Assembly (NCBI GenBank): GCA_003223415.1
Contig: QHUY01000028.1
Span: 1,270 to 65,269, forward strand
Reading direction: 5' to 3'
Origin: Gemmatimonadota bacterium
GTDB taxonomy: Bacteria > Gemmatimonadota > Gemmatimonadetes > Gemmatimonadales > GWC2-71-9
DNA length: 64,000 bases
In this document: one piece after another, positions 21,434-29,039 of the stretch
Layout of the letters: each line of letters starts with the position of its first letter
Numbering within the stretch: the stretch's first letter is position 1
Program-made: the position numbers and the translations under genes
The notes under the pieces: model-generated
Told to the model about the DNA's origin: nothing
Database searches by the model: none
What the model saw: the letters and a program-made list of their open reading frames with translations, nothing else

Positions 21434-21546
21434 TACGAAATCCGTCGAGGAAAGGCGTCGAGAGGCAAGGCGTCGAGGGAATACGTCAAGGGAGTACGTC
21501 TCCCCTCGACGATTCTCCTCGACGTTTCTCCTCGACGCCTTCGTAG
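21434..21546. repeat. Mirrored tandem-repeat element, family B (unit CGTCGAGG plus purine-rich tail)
   Basis: Four direct units followed by three to four inverted units. The termini are CTACGAA...TTCGTAG. It fills the entire nuoA-nuoB gap and is homologous to 25161-25248. Confidence 0.85.
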
Positions 21547-21945
21547 TCAGTCCCATTTCAACGCCCCCCGCTTCCACACGTACACGTATCCCACGAACAA
21601 AATGACCAGGAACACCAGCATCTCGATCAGCAGGAACCCCATCGCCGGCCCGCCCGTCCCCGCCCCGGTGAAGAAGATCGTCCCCCACGGGATCAGGAAT
21701 ACGGTCTCAATGTCGAACAGAATGAACAGCATCGCCACCAGGTAGAACTTGATCGAGAAGCGCTCGCGCGCGCTCCCCAGCGGCGGCATGCCGCTCTCGT
21801 ACGGGGCGGCCTTGGCGTGCGTGGGGCGGCGCGGCGCGGCGAAGTGGGAGAGGACGATCATCATCACCGCCGTTCCGGCGGCGACGGCGAGCAGGATCAG
21901 GAACGGGAGGTAGGGCTGGAGCATGGAGTTCGTGAAAAAATTCAC
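21547..21945 (-). CDS. nuoA: NADH-quinone oxidoreductase subunit A
   Basis: PYESG...FYLVAMLFILFDIE signature. GTG at 21945, or ATG at 21924 (MLQPYLPFL). Confidence 0.88.
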   Translation of the reverse strand: MNFFTNSMLQPYLPFLILLAVAAGTAVMMIVLSHFAAPRRPTHAKAAPYESGMPPLGSARERFSIKFYLVAMLFILFDIETVFLIPWGTIFFTGAGTGGPAMGFLLIEMLVFLVILFVGYVYVWKRGALKWD

Positions 21946-21946
21946 G
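21931..21946. promoter_or_regulatory. AT-rich perfect palindrome CGTGAAAAAATTCACG at the 5' end of nuoA, in the nuoA/dcd divergent region
   Basis: Read directly. It is a 6-4-6 palindrome that covers the upstream GTG start candidate of nuoA. Confidence 0.35.
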
Positions 21947-22034
21947 TAGTCGCAAAGAAGCTATCCCGCCCGGGGCTGCAAGTCAACCGGACCGAGTGGC
22001 GTAAGTCAAGGCGACGCCGTTACATTGCGCGCCT

Positions 22035-22595
22035 ATGTCCATCAAGTCCGACCGCTGGATCAAGCGCATGGCCACCGAGCACCGGATGATCGAACCCTTC
22101 GCCGACGGCCAAGTGCGCGCGGGCGTGATCTCCTTCGGCGTGTCGTCCTACGGCTACGACATGCGCGTGGCGCCGGAGTTCAAGATCTTCACCAACGCCC
22201 TCTCGGCGGTGGTCGATCCCAAGCACTTCGATCCGAAATCGTTCGTCGAGTTCACCGGCGAGGTGTGCATCGTCCCGCCGAACTCCTTCGCCCTGGCCCG
22301 CTCGGTGGAGTACTTCCGGATCCCGCGCAACGTGCTGACGGTATGCGTCGGCAAGAGCACGTACGCGCGCTGCGGCATCATTACCAACGTCACGCCGTTC
22401 GAGCCGGAGTGGGAGGGCTACGTGACGCTGGAGATCTCGAACACGACGCCGCTGCCGGCCAAAATCTACGCCGATGAGGGGATCGCCCAGGTCCTCTTTT
22501 TCACCGCGGACGAGGGCGACGAATGCGAGCTCAGCTACGCGGACAAGAAGGGCAAGTACCAGGCGCAGCGGGGGATCACGCTGCCGAGGCTGTAG
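22035..22595 (+). CDS. dcd: dCTP deaminase
   Basis: 186 aa. [20 protein letters not shown] and [20 protein letters not shown] are typical of the Dcd family. Confidence 0.9.
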   Translation: MSIKSDRWIKRMATEHRMIEPFADGQVRAGVISFGVSSYGYDMRVAPEFKIFTNALSAVVDPKHFDPKSFVEFTGEVCIVPPNSFALARSVEYFRIPRNVLTVCVGKSTYARCGIITNVTPFEPEWEGYVTLEISNTTPLPAKIYADEGIAQVLFFTADEGDECELSYADKKGKYQAQRGITLPRL

Positions 22596-22992
22596 CCGAG
22601 CCGTAGAGCGTAATGGCCGCCGCCGCCACGGCCAGGATGACGATGTCCGGCCCCCAGCCGAGCTCGGTCTTGGGCACGACCATCTGCACGAAGTTGAGGA
22701 CCAAGTCGAACAGCCCGATGAGCAGGCCGAGCAGCACGGTCTTCTCCAATCCGCGCCCGAGCCGGGCTAGCACGCTCCCCGTGAGCACCGCCACCGCTCC
22801 CTGCCCCGCCGCGATGGCGAGCGCCGCCTCGATGTCACTGACCAGGGTTTGCAGGAAGCCCGACCGCCCCACGTGGTAGCTGAAGAACCAGGTGTGCACC
22901 AGCGCGACGGCGATGCCCGCCAGGGCCGCGCAGATCGTTGCCCAGACGGCGTAATAGATCACGACTCTCATTCGATTATCCGACTCGACCAT
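22576..22992 (-). CDS. Hypothetical membrane protein (about 4 TM)
   Basis: 138-aa hydrophobic ORF with GGAGGA 4 nt upstream of the ATG. It overlaps the dcd 3' end convergently by 20 nt. I recognise no family. Confidence 0.5.
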   Translation of the reverse strand: MVESDNRMRVVIYYAVWATICAALAGIAVALVHTWFFSYHVGRSGFLQTLVSDIEAALAIAAGQGAVAVLTGSVLARLGRGLEKTVLLGLLIGLFDLVLNFVQMVVPKTELGWGPDIVILAVAAAAITLYGSATASAA

Positions 22993-23009
22993 ACGGTCCT
23001 CCTTGGGCA

Positions 23010-23069
23010 GCCATCAGCCATCAGCCATCAGCCGTCAGCTCTCAACCATCAGCTCTGATGGCTGACGGC
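23010..23069. repeat. Tandem heptamer array, family C (GCCATCA x3, GCCGTCA, GCTCTCA, ACCATCA) ending in a bulged hairpin
   Basis: Read directly. TGATGG/CTGACGGC (23056-23069) pairs back onto ACCATCA and GCCGTCAG. It lies between the M28 peptidase stop and the start of the 22992 gene. Confidence 0.75.
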
Positions 23070-23074
23070 TCTCC

Positions 23075-25147
23075 TCAACGCAGGGCGGTCGCCGCCTGCT
23101 CCAGCGCTTCGCGGGCCTGGTCGATATGGGCGGCGAGGTCCTGCAGCTCCCGTCCGGTCGTCGCCTCGTCCGCGTAGCGAATCGCCTCGTTCACCGACGG
23201 GAAGGCCATGGTGGAGTAGCCGTTGTCGATGTCCGAGGCGAACTGCAGGCTCCGCATCCACGGGCGGCTCGCCAGACCCTGGGGTCGCGCCAGCCGGCGC
23301 TCGACCTGCAGCAGCGCCTGGGTGGCGCGCGTCACTCGTGCGGGCTCCGCGCCCGCCGCGAGTGCGCTGTCGCGCACCGCCGCGAAGGCCCGCGCCGCCT
23401 CGGTAAGCCGACCCAGCGCGTAACGCAGCGGCGCGGTACTCACGGTCCAGTGCTTCTGGGAGATCCCGTTGTCGAGCTCGGCGACAAGCCCCGTCATCTC
23501 GGTGCCGAAGGCGACGTAATCGAGGGGCACGACGTCCGCGTTCGCGAGCCGGGAGAGAATCACCGCGACGACCTGGGCGGCCGCGCGGTGGGCGCGGTAC
23601 TGCGGGTCCCCGAACGTCGTCATCCAGTGATAGGAATCGTACATCGAGTGGTACACCCCGCCCGGCCCCCCGAACCCGATGCCACCCGAGGGAATGCCGA
23701 GGTGGTGATAGAACCCGGCGAAGTCGGAGCCGCCTCCCAGGTTCCCGAGCGTCAGCTGGGTCGTGTCGCCCTTCCGCTGTCGCAGCCAGGTGTCGTACAC
23801 GTTGCCGTTTCCCTCCGGGTCCGGCACCACCTGCGTCGCCCCCCGGATCAACGGCTTCAGCGACGGCGAGCCGGAACCGCCGAACTGCATTCCCGTCGCC
23901 ACATCGTCCTCATTGATGTACGCCACGAGGCGCGCCCGGAGCGTGTCCTCCATCTCCTCGACCCACTCGGTGGAGCCGATGAGGCCCCACTCCTCGGCGT
24001 CCCACGTCGCGAACACCAGGGTTCGCGCCGGCCTGATCCCCTGCTTCGCCAGCTCGGCGAAGGCCCGCGCCGCTTCGAGCACCGTGACCGTTCCGCTGAT
24101 GTTGTCGGCGGCGCCCGGTGACCAGGCGTCGCGGTGGCCGCCCACGACGACCCATTCGTCCGGAAAGCGGGCGCCGCGGATCATCCCGAAGGTGTCCCAG
24201 ATGGCGTGCATGGCCCGCGCGCCGCGCTCGGTCTTCACCTTGAGGCGCGCGCGTGTCGGCCCCGGGCCGGCGTGGTAGCGGAACGGCAGGGCTCCCTGCC
24301 AGGCCTGGGGCACCGAGGCGCCGGCGAGCCCCTGCAGGAACCGCTGGGCGTTGCCGTAGCCCATCGGAAGTACAGGGATATGCGGGATCGCGAGCGAGTC
24401 TTCAGGCACGCGGTGCGCGCCTGCCAGCGAGGCGTAGCCGGGGGTGGTCGGGTCGCCGTCGTCGTTCATGATGCTGCCGCGCTGGAGGCCGCCGGCCGGC
24501 CGCATCGGGCCTTTGGCGTAGACGTCACCCCGGAAGTAGCCGTCGTCCTGGGGGTCCGAGTAGATGATCAACCCCACGGCGCCGTGGCGCTCCGCCTCGC
24601 GCGCCTTGATGCCCCGGAACGAGCGGCCGTAGCGCGCGATCGCGATCCTGCCCTTCACTCTGATGCCGAGCGAGTCGAGGGTCTTGTAATCCTCGATCAG
24701 CCCGTAGTTGACGTATACCACTTCGGCGGTGACGTCCCCGTCGCCGGTGTAGCCGTTGAACGGCGGCACCTGCGGCCCAAGCGTCGTCGAGTCCGACGGG
24801 ATCGCCGGCTCCCGCAGCGAGAGCGGCTGCGCGGCGCTGCCCGGCGGGGGGAGGAGCAGCCACGCGCGCACCGTATCGGGCCACGGAAGGTAGACGCGGT
24901 ACTCCTTGGTCCACGTTTCGAGACCCCAGGCTCGCATGCGGTTGATCACGGAGTCGCGGGTCGCCGCCTGCTCGGGTCGGCCGGCCACGTGGGGTCGGAG
25001 CGACAGTTCCCGCGTCATCAGCCGGGCGCTCTGAGTGTCGGGGATGGCGAGCAGGAGACGCTCGATCGAGTCTTGCCGCGCCGCGGCCGCCGCACTGAAG
25101 CCGGGCTGTTGGGCGAGCGTCAGGACGGCCAGCAGGATGGGTGTCAT
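23075..25147 (-). CDS. M28 family metallopeptidase with PA and transferrin-receptor-like dimerisation domains (glutamate carboxypeptidase II-like), secreted
   Basis: GGHRDAW and WDAEEWGLIGS metal-ligand motifs plus a signal peptide MTPILLAVLTLAQQ. ATG at 25147; an upstream TTG at 25156 is also possible. Confidence 0.8.
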   Translation of the reverse strand: MTPILLAVLTLAQQPGFSAAAAARQDSIERLLLAIPDTQSARLMTRELSLRPHVAGRPEQAATRDSVINRMRAWGLETWTKEYRVYLPWPDTVRAWLLLPPPGSAAQPLSLREPAIPSDSTTLGPQVPPFNGYTGDGDVTAEVVYVNYGLIEDYKTLDSLGIRVKGRIAIARYGRSFRGIKAREAERHGAVGLIIYSDPQDDGYFRGDVYAKGPMRPAGGLQRGSIMNDDGDPTTPGYASLAGAHRVPEDSLAIPHIPVLPMGYGNAQRFLQGLAGASVPQAWQGALPFRYHAGPGPTRARLKVKTERGARAMHAIWDTFGMIRGARFPDEWVVVGGHRDAWSPGAADNISGTVTVLEAARAFAELAKQGIRPARTLVFATWDAEEWGLIGSTEWVEEMEDTLRARLVAYINEDDVATGMQFGGSGSPSLKPLIRGATQVVPDPEGNGNVYDTWLRQRKGDTTQLTLGNLGGGSDFAGFYHHLGIPSGGIGFGGPGGVYHSMYDSYHWMTTFGDPQYRAHRAAAQVVAVILSRLANADVVPLDYVAFGTEMTGLVAELDNGISQKHWTVSTAPLRYALGRLTEAARAFAAVRDSALAAGAEPARVTRATQALLQVERRLARPQGLASRPWMRSLQFASDIDNGYSTMAFPSVNEAIRYADEATTGRELQDLAAHIDQAREALEQAATALR

Positions 25148-25160
25148 GGGGGACAAGAAT

Positions 25161-25248
25161 ACGTCGAGGGAGAACGTCGAGGGAAGGCGTCGAGGGGAAT
25201 CGTCAACGTCTCTCCTCGACGGTTTTCCTCGACGTTCTCCCTCGACGT
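25161..25248. repeat. Mirrored tandem-repeat element, family B, with a perfect 22-bp outer stem
   Basis: 25161-25182 (ACGTCGAGGGAGAACGTCGAGG) is the exact reverse complement of 25227-25248. The units are CGTCGAGG-like, as in 21434-21546. Confidence 0.88.
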
Positions 25249-25250
25249 AG

Positions 25251-27728
25251 TCAAGTCTTGGGGTTCAAGATGTGATCGATCCGGGCCTGCAAGTCCCCGA
25301 AGTGCGCCCGCGTGGTGCGATCCGTGGCTCGCGCGAGCGCCGTCCGCAGGGTCGCCTGGAGCTCCTGGAGCTCCAGCCGCGCCAGCGCGCGCGCGTCGCC
25401 GGGGCGCGGCGGCGGCGGCACGAAACCCGGGAACTGGCCGAAACCCGGCGGCGGCGTGGTCACGAGCGGCGTGTTGATCAGCCGATCCATCTGGTCCACG
25501 AACGCCCGCTGCAGATTGCGCCGGTAGGCATCCACGACCGGCCGGGTGGCGACGAGCTCGGTGAAGATCCCCCGCCGCACGTCGCTGAACAGGTCGGCCA
25601 GCGTGTAGGCGGTGCCGGGCGGCAGGGTGGCCCCTTGCTCGGCAAGACGCGAGAGACGGGCGTCCTGGAAGAGCGTGTTCAGAATCGCCGTCTGACGCGT
25701 GCGGATGCGCTCCACGAACCCCGTCGGCTCGATGCGCCGCAACACCTGGGCATCGAGGAAGTACAGCGGCGTGGTGAACGCGTGTTCGTTTAAGAACCGG
25801 ACTGCTTCCGCTTGGCGCGCGCGCGGCACGGCGGTGTGGATGACGCCCGCCTGGTCGGGATACTTCTCTTGGCGCCACACGCCCCCCGGCACGACGGCGA
25901 CATGGCCCATCTCGAACGCCCACTGACCGATGAGCCGGCCGTACAGGTCGTCGAGCAACGAGTAGTCCTCGAGCCGGTCGGTCGTCGTCGCCGGGAGCAG
26001 CATCGGCACCAGCCGCATGATGTTCGCGAGGCCGTAGCCGGTGGCCTTCACCGGGTCATCCCCCAGCGCCTCGGTTTGGGTGCGCGGGTCGATGCCGTCC
26101 GGGTTGCCGAACCGCAGCCACGGCATCGAGTCCTGCAGTCGGGCGAGCGAGTCGAGGACGGGGCGCTCGGCGTCCGGCGTCGTGGCGCGAGGAATCCGGC
26201 GGTAGCCCCAGTCGATGACGTAGTAGTCCCACGGGCCGATCTTCGGCATCAACTGCGCGTCGTCCCCCGGCTGGGCCACGTAGTTGTTGCGGGCGTAGTC
26301 CATGATGGAGTACGACGTGCCATTGCGCCGGGAGTAGGTCGGGCTCCGCAGCGAGTCCACCGGATAATAGCCCGACGAGAGCTGGTTGTGCGGAAGACCC
26401 AGAGTGTGCCCGACCTCATGGGTGGCCACGTACGCTACCATCTGCCCCATGAGCGAATCGGGCAGCGGGAGGTGCCGGGCACGCGGGTCCACGGCGCCGA
26501 CCTGGACCCACCACCAGGCCTCGAGCAGGCTGGTGATGTTGTGATACCACCCGATGTTGGATTGGAGGATCTCCCCCGTCCGCGGATCGCTCGTGTGCGG
26601 GCCGTAGGCGTTCTCGATTTGCGAGGGGAGCCAGCGGATGGTCGAGTAGCGCGCGTCGTCCAGGTCGAATGCCGCGTCCTCCTGCGGGGTGGGTGCCCGG
26701 CGCGCCGTGATGGCGTTGGAGAATCCCGCCGCCCGGAACACCGGCTCCCACGCCTCGACTCCCTTGATGAGCCAGGGCGCCCATTTCTCGGGCGTCGCGG
26801 GGTCGAGGTAGAACACGATCGGCTTGACGGGATCGCTAACCGTGGCGCTGGGGTCCTTGGGGTCGAGCCGCCAGCGCGTGATGTAGCAGCGCTCGGCGAC
26901 GCGGTGCCCCTCCCGGCCGTAGTCGAGCTGCCGCACCGAGAAGAAGCCCACCCGGTTGTCGCACAGCCGCTCCGCCATGGGATGGTCGGGCAGCAGCACC
27001 ATCGAGTAGTGCATCTCGAACGACATGGTGCCGAGCCCGCGGTCTCCCGGGACGGAATCGTTCTCGAAGGTGTGGAGCGCCTTGACGTCGATGTTCGTCG
27101 GGAACGAGCGGGCCGTTTCCACCATGGAGCGTGCCGGATCCAGGCGCCGCAGGCGGAAGGCCCGCCGCGCCGTGAGTTCGGGGACGTCCGTCGTGAACAG
27201 CCGAGTCACCTCGATCACGAGGTTCGAGTCGGCGTTCGGGCTGAAGGCCGCCACGTCGAAGCTCATCAGCACCGGCTCGAGGTTCGAGAGGCGCACCGCG
27301 CGCGACACGGGTGTGGAGCTGTCCGCCACGACATCGTAGCTCACGCTGCGCAGCAGTACGCGGTTCCCCATTCGTTGCCAGCGGATGACGCGGCTGTCGA
27401 GGTTCTCACCGCCGTAGCGCGTGCCCTCGGGCGTGGCGGCGTAGTCCACGACGAGCAGGAACTCCTTGCCGAGCTGCGCGCGCGGGATCTCGTAGAACAG
27501 CTTCTCCATCAGGCGGTGCACGATGAACACGCCGGAGTCCGTGGTGGCCCCACGCGTGATCACCTGGGCATACGGCTTTGGTCCCTCCTGCCCAGGGCCG
27601 CCCGGACGTCCACGGGTGGTGTCCTGCGCTTGGGGTTGGGAGGGAGTCGGTTGCCGAGCCGGGAGGGGAGCGGGAGCGGCGGCGCCGGCCAGACCGGCGA
27701 GCGCCAGCAGGACGCGGAAGGCTCGCAT
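25251..27728 (-). CDS. Secreted zinc-dependent metalloprotease (metzincin-like, DUF5117/DUF4953-type)
   Basis: HEVGHTLGLPHN zinc motif and a signal peptide MRAFRVLLALAGLAGA. ATG at 27728. The longer ORF upstream is antisense to the SBP gene. 825 aa. Confidence 0.8.
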   Translation of the reverse strand: MRAFRVLLALAGLAGAAAPAPLPARQPTPSQPQAQDTTRGRPGGPGQEGPKPYAQVITRGATTDSGVFIVHRLMEKLFYEIPRAQLGKEFLLVVDYAATPEGTRYGGENLDSRVIRWQRMGNRVLLRSVSYDVVADSSTPVSRAVRLSNLEPVLMSFDVAAFSPNADSNLVIEVTRLFTTDVPELTARRAFRLRRLDPARSMVETARSFPTNIDVKALHTFENDSVPGDRGLGTMSFEMHYSMVLLPDHPMAERLCDNRVGFFSVRQLDYGREGHRVAERCYITRWRLDPKDPSATVSDPVKPIVFYLDPATPEKWAPWLIKGVEAWEPVFRAAGFSNAITARRAPTPQEDAAFDLDDARYSTIRWLPSQIENAYGPHTSDPRTGEILQSNIGWYHNITSLLEAWWWVQVGAVDPRARHLPLPDSLMGQMVAYVATHEVGHTLGLPHNQLSSGYYPVDSLRSPTYSRRNGTSYSIMDYARNNYVAQPGDDAQLMPKIGPWDYYVIDWGYRRIPRATTPDAERPVLDSLARLQDSMPWLRFGNPDGIDPRTQTEALGDDPVKATGYGLANIMRLVPMLLPATTTDRLEDYSLLDDLYGRLIGQWAFEMGHVAVVPGGVWRQEKYPDQAGVIHTAVPRARQAEAVRFLNEHAFTTPLYFLDAQVLRRIEPTGFVERIRTRQTAILNTLFQDARLSRLAEQGATLPPGTAYTLADLFSDVRRGIFTELVATRPVVDAYRRNLQRAFVDQMDRLINTPLVTTPPPGFGQFPGFVPPPPRPGDARALARLELQELQATLRTALARATDRTTRAHFGDLQARIDHILNPKT

Positions 27729-27908
27729 TGGATCGTGGACCTGGAGTTGGGGTGGAGATGAGATAGGCTGCCCATGGTGATACGTCCAGAGCGGTCGCTG
27801 CGCTGCGTTGCGCCCTGGCCCGAGGCTCGGCACATTCCTGAGGTGCCGCGCCGACCCATCCCCGTCTCCCTCTCGCCGGCCGCTCACCCCGTCAGCCGTG
27901 GTCCCCCC

Positions 27909-29039
27909 GTGCGCCCCCGACTCCCCGGCCGCTGCCGCCACCTGGTCTGTACCCCCGGCGTGGGCGTTCTGGGACTGGCCGCGCTGCTCGGGTGCCGCGC
28001 GTCGCCCCGCGTGGCCTTGATCGGGTGGGCCTTCCCCATCGCCGTCACGAGCAACGCGCAAGTGGCGCGGGACGAGCTCGACTCCTGGCCGGCCGCTGGT
28101 CGACCGCCGATCAGAATCATCTCCGACAGTGTCGTCCAGGGAGACTCGCCGGACCGTGAGGTCGAGCGGGCGGGCCGGCTTGCCGCGCTGCCAGGCATGG
28201 TGGTCGTGGTTGGCCACGGCGGCAGCCGGGGCTCGCTGGCCGCCGCTCCGGTCTACAACCAAGCGGGTATCCCGCAGATCGTGCCGAGCAGCACCAGCCG
28301 CCTGCTCCACAAAGCGGGGCCTTGGACCTTCATGCTGCCCCCGGACGACTCGATCGAAGGGGCGTTCATGGGGGCGTTCGCGGTGGAGCGGCTGCACGTG
28401 CGGCGCGCGAGCATCTTCTACATCAATGACGAGTACGGGGCGGGCCTGCGCGACGGGATCGTCGCCGCGCTCGGTGGCCGTGGGGTCCGGATCGTCGATC
28501 GCGTCAGCTTCGAGACGCAGAGCGACATGCCCACGCTGGTCGCGGCCACGCTGCATCGGGGGGTGCCGGACGTTCTGCTCGTCGCCGGCCGCCAGCGCGA
28601 GACCGGTGCCATCGCCCGGCTCGCCCAGCGGCGCGTGCCGGGGCTGCGCATCGTGGCGGGGGACGGCGCGCTGGTGCTCCCGACCCTCGCCGACAACGCC
28701 GGTGCGGCCGCGGAATCCGTCTACGTTGTGGCGTTCTGGCTGCCGGACGCGCCGGACTCCCTGTCTCGAGCCTTCGTCGAGCGGTTTCGCCGCGTCGTCG
28801 GCCGGGACCCGCAATCCACCGACGCCATGTCGCACGACGCGCTGCTGCTCGCGGCGACGGCGATCCGAGCCGTTGGGGCGCGCCGGGGCGCCGTGCGGGA
28901 CTACCTGCGGGCGCTCGGGCGGTCCCGGCCGGCGTTCCTGGGAGTGACCGGGCCCATCACGTTCACCGCGAACCGCCCCGTCCGTCTGGTCATGACTCAT
29001 CTACAGCACGGCGTGCCCGTGCGGGTCACAGGTCCGTGA
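27909..29039 (+). CDS. Periplasmic substrate-binding protein (type 1 PBP, LivK-like), probable lipoprotein
   Basis: Lipobox LAALLGC after a positively charged N-terminus. A PBP1-like body follows (IFYINDEYGAGL...). The GTG start at 27909 is uncertain, with 27960 as an alternative. GTGA overlap with the kinase gene. Confidence 0.65.
   Translation: MRPRLPGRCRHLVCTPGVGVLGLAALLGCRASPRVALIGWAFPIAVTSNAQVARDELDSWPAAGRPPIRIISDSVVQGDSPDREVERAGRLAALPGMVVVVGHGGSRGSLAAAPVYNQAGIPQIVPSSTSRLLHKAGPWTFMLPPDDSIEGAFMGAFAVERLHVRRASIFYINDEYGAGLRDGIVAALGGRGVRIVDRVSFETQSDMPTLVAATLHRGVPDVLLVAGRQRETGAIARLAQRRVPGLRIVAGDGALVLPTLADNAGAAAESVYVVAFWLPDAPDSLSRAFVERFRRVVGRDPQSTDAMSHDALLLAATAIRAVGARRGAVRDYLRALGRSRPAFLGVTGPITFTANRPVRLVMTHLQHGVPVRVTGP

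Noticed and set aside
22997-23076. TCCTC on both sides of the family C array as a possible target-site duplication.
   Set aside because: The left copy is separated from the array by 8 nt and is part of the GGAGGA ribosome-binding site of the downstream gene. Five nucleotides is too short to be meaningful.
25251-29000. A 1249-aa ORF extending the metalloprotease upstream.
   Set aside because: The upstream 424 codons are antisense to the substrate-binding-protein gene and are low complexity. An ATG at 27728 followed by a clear signal peptide gives a family-typical length.
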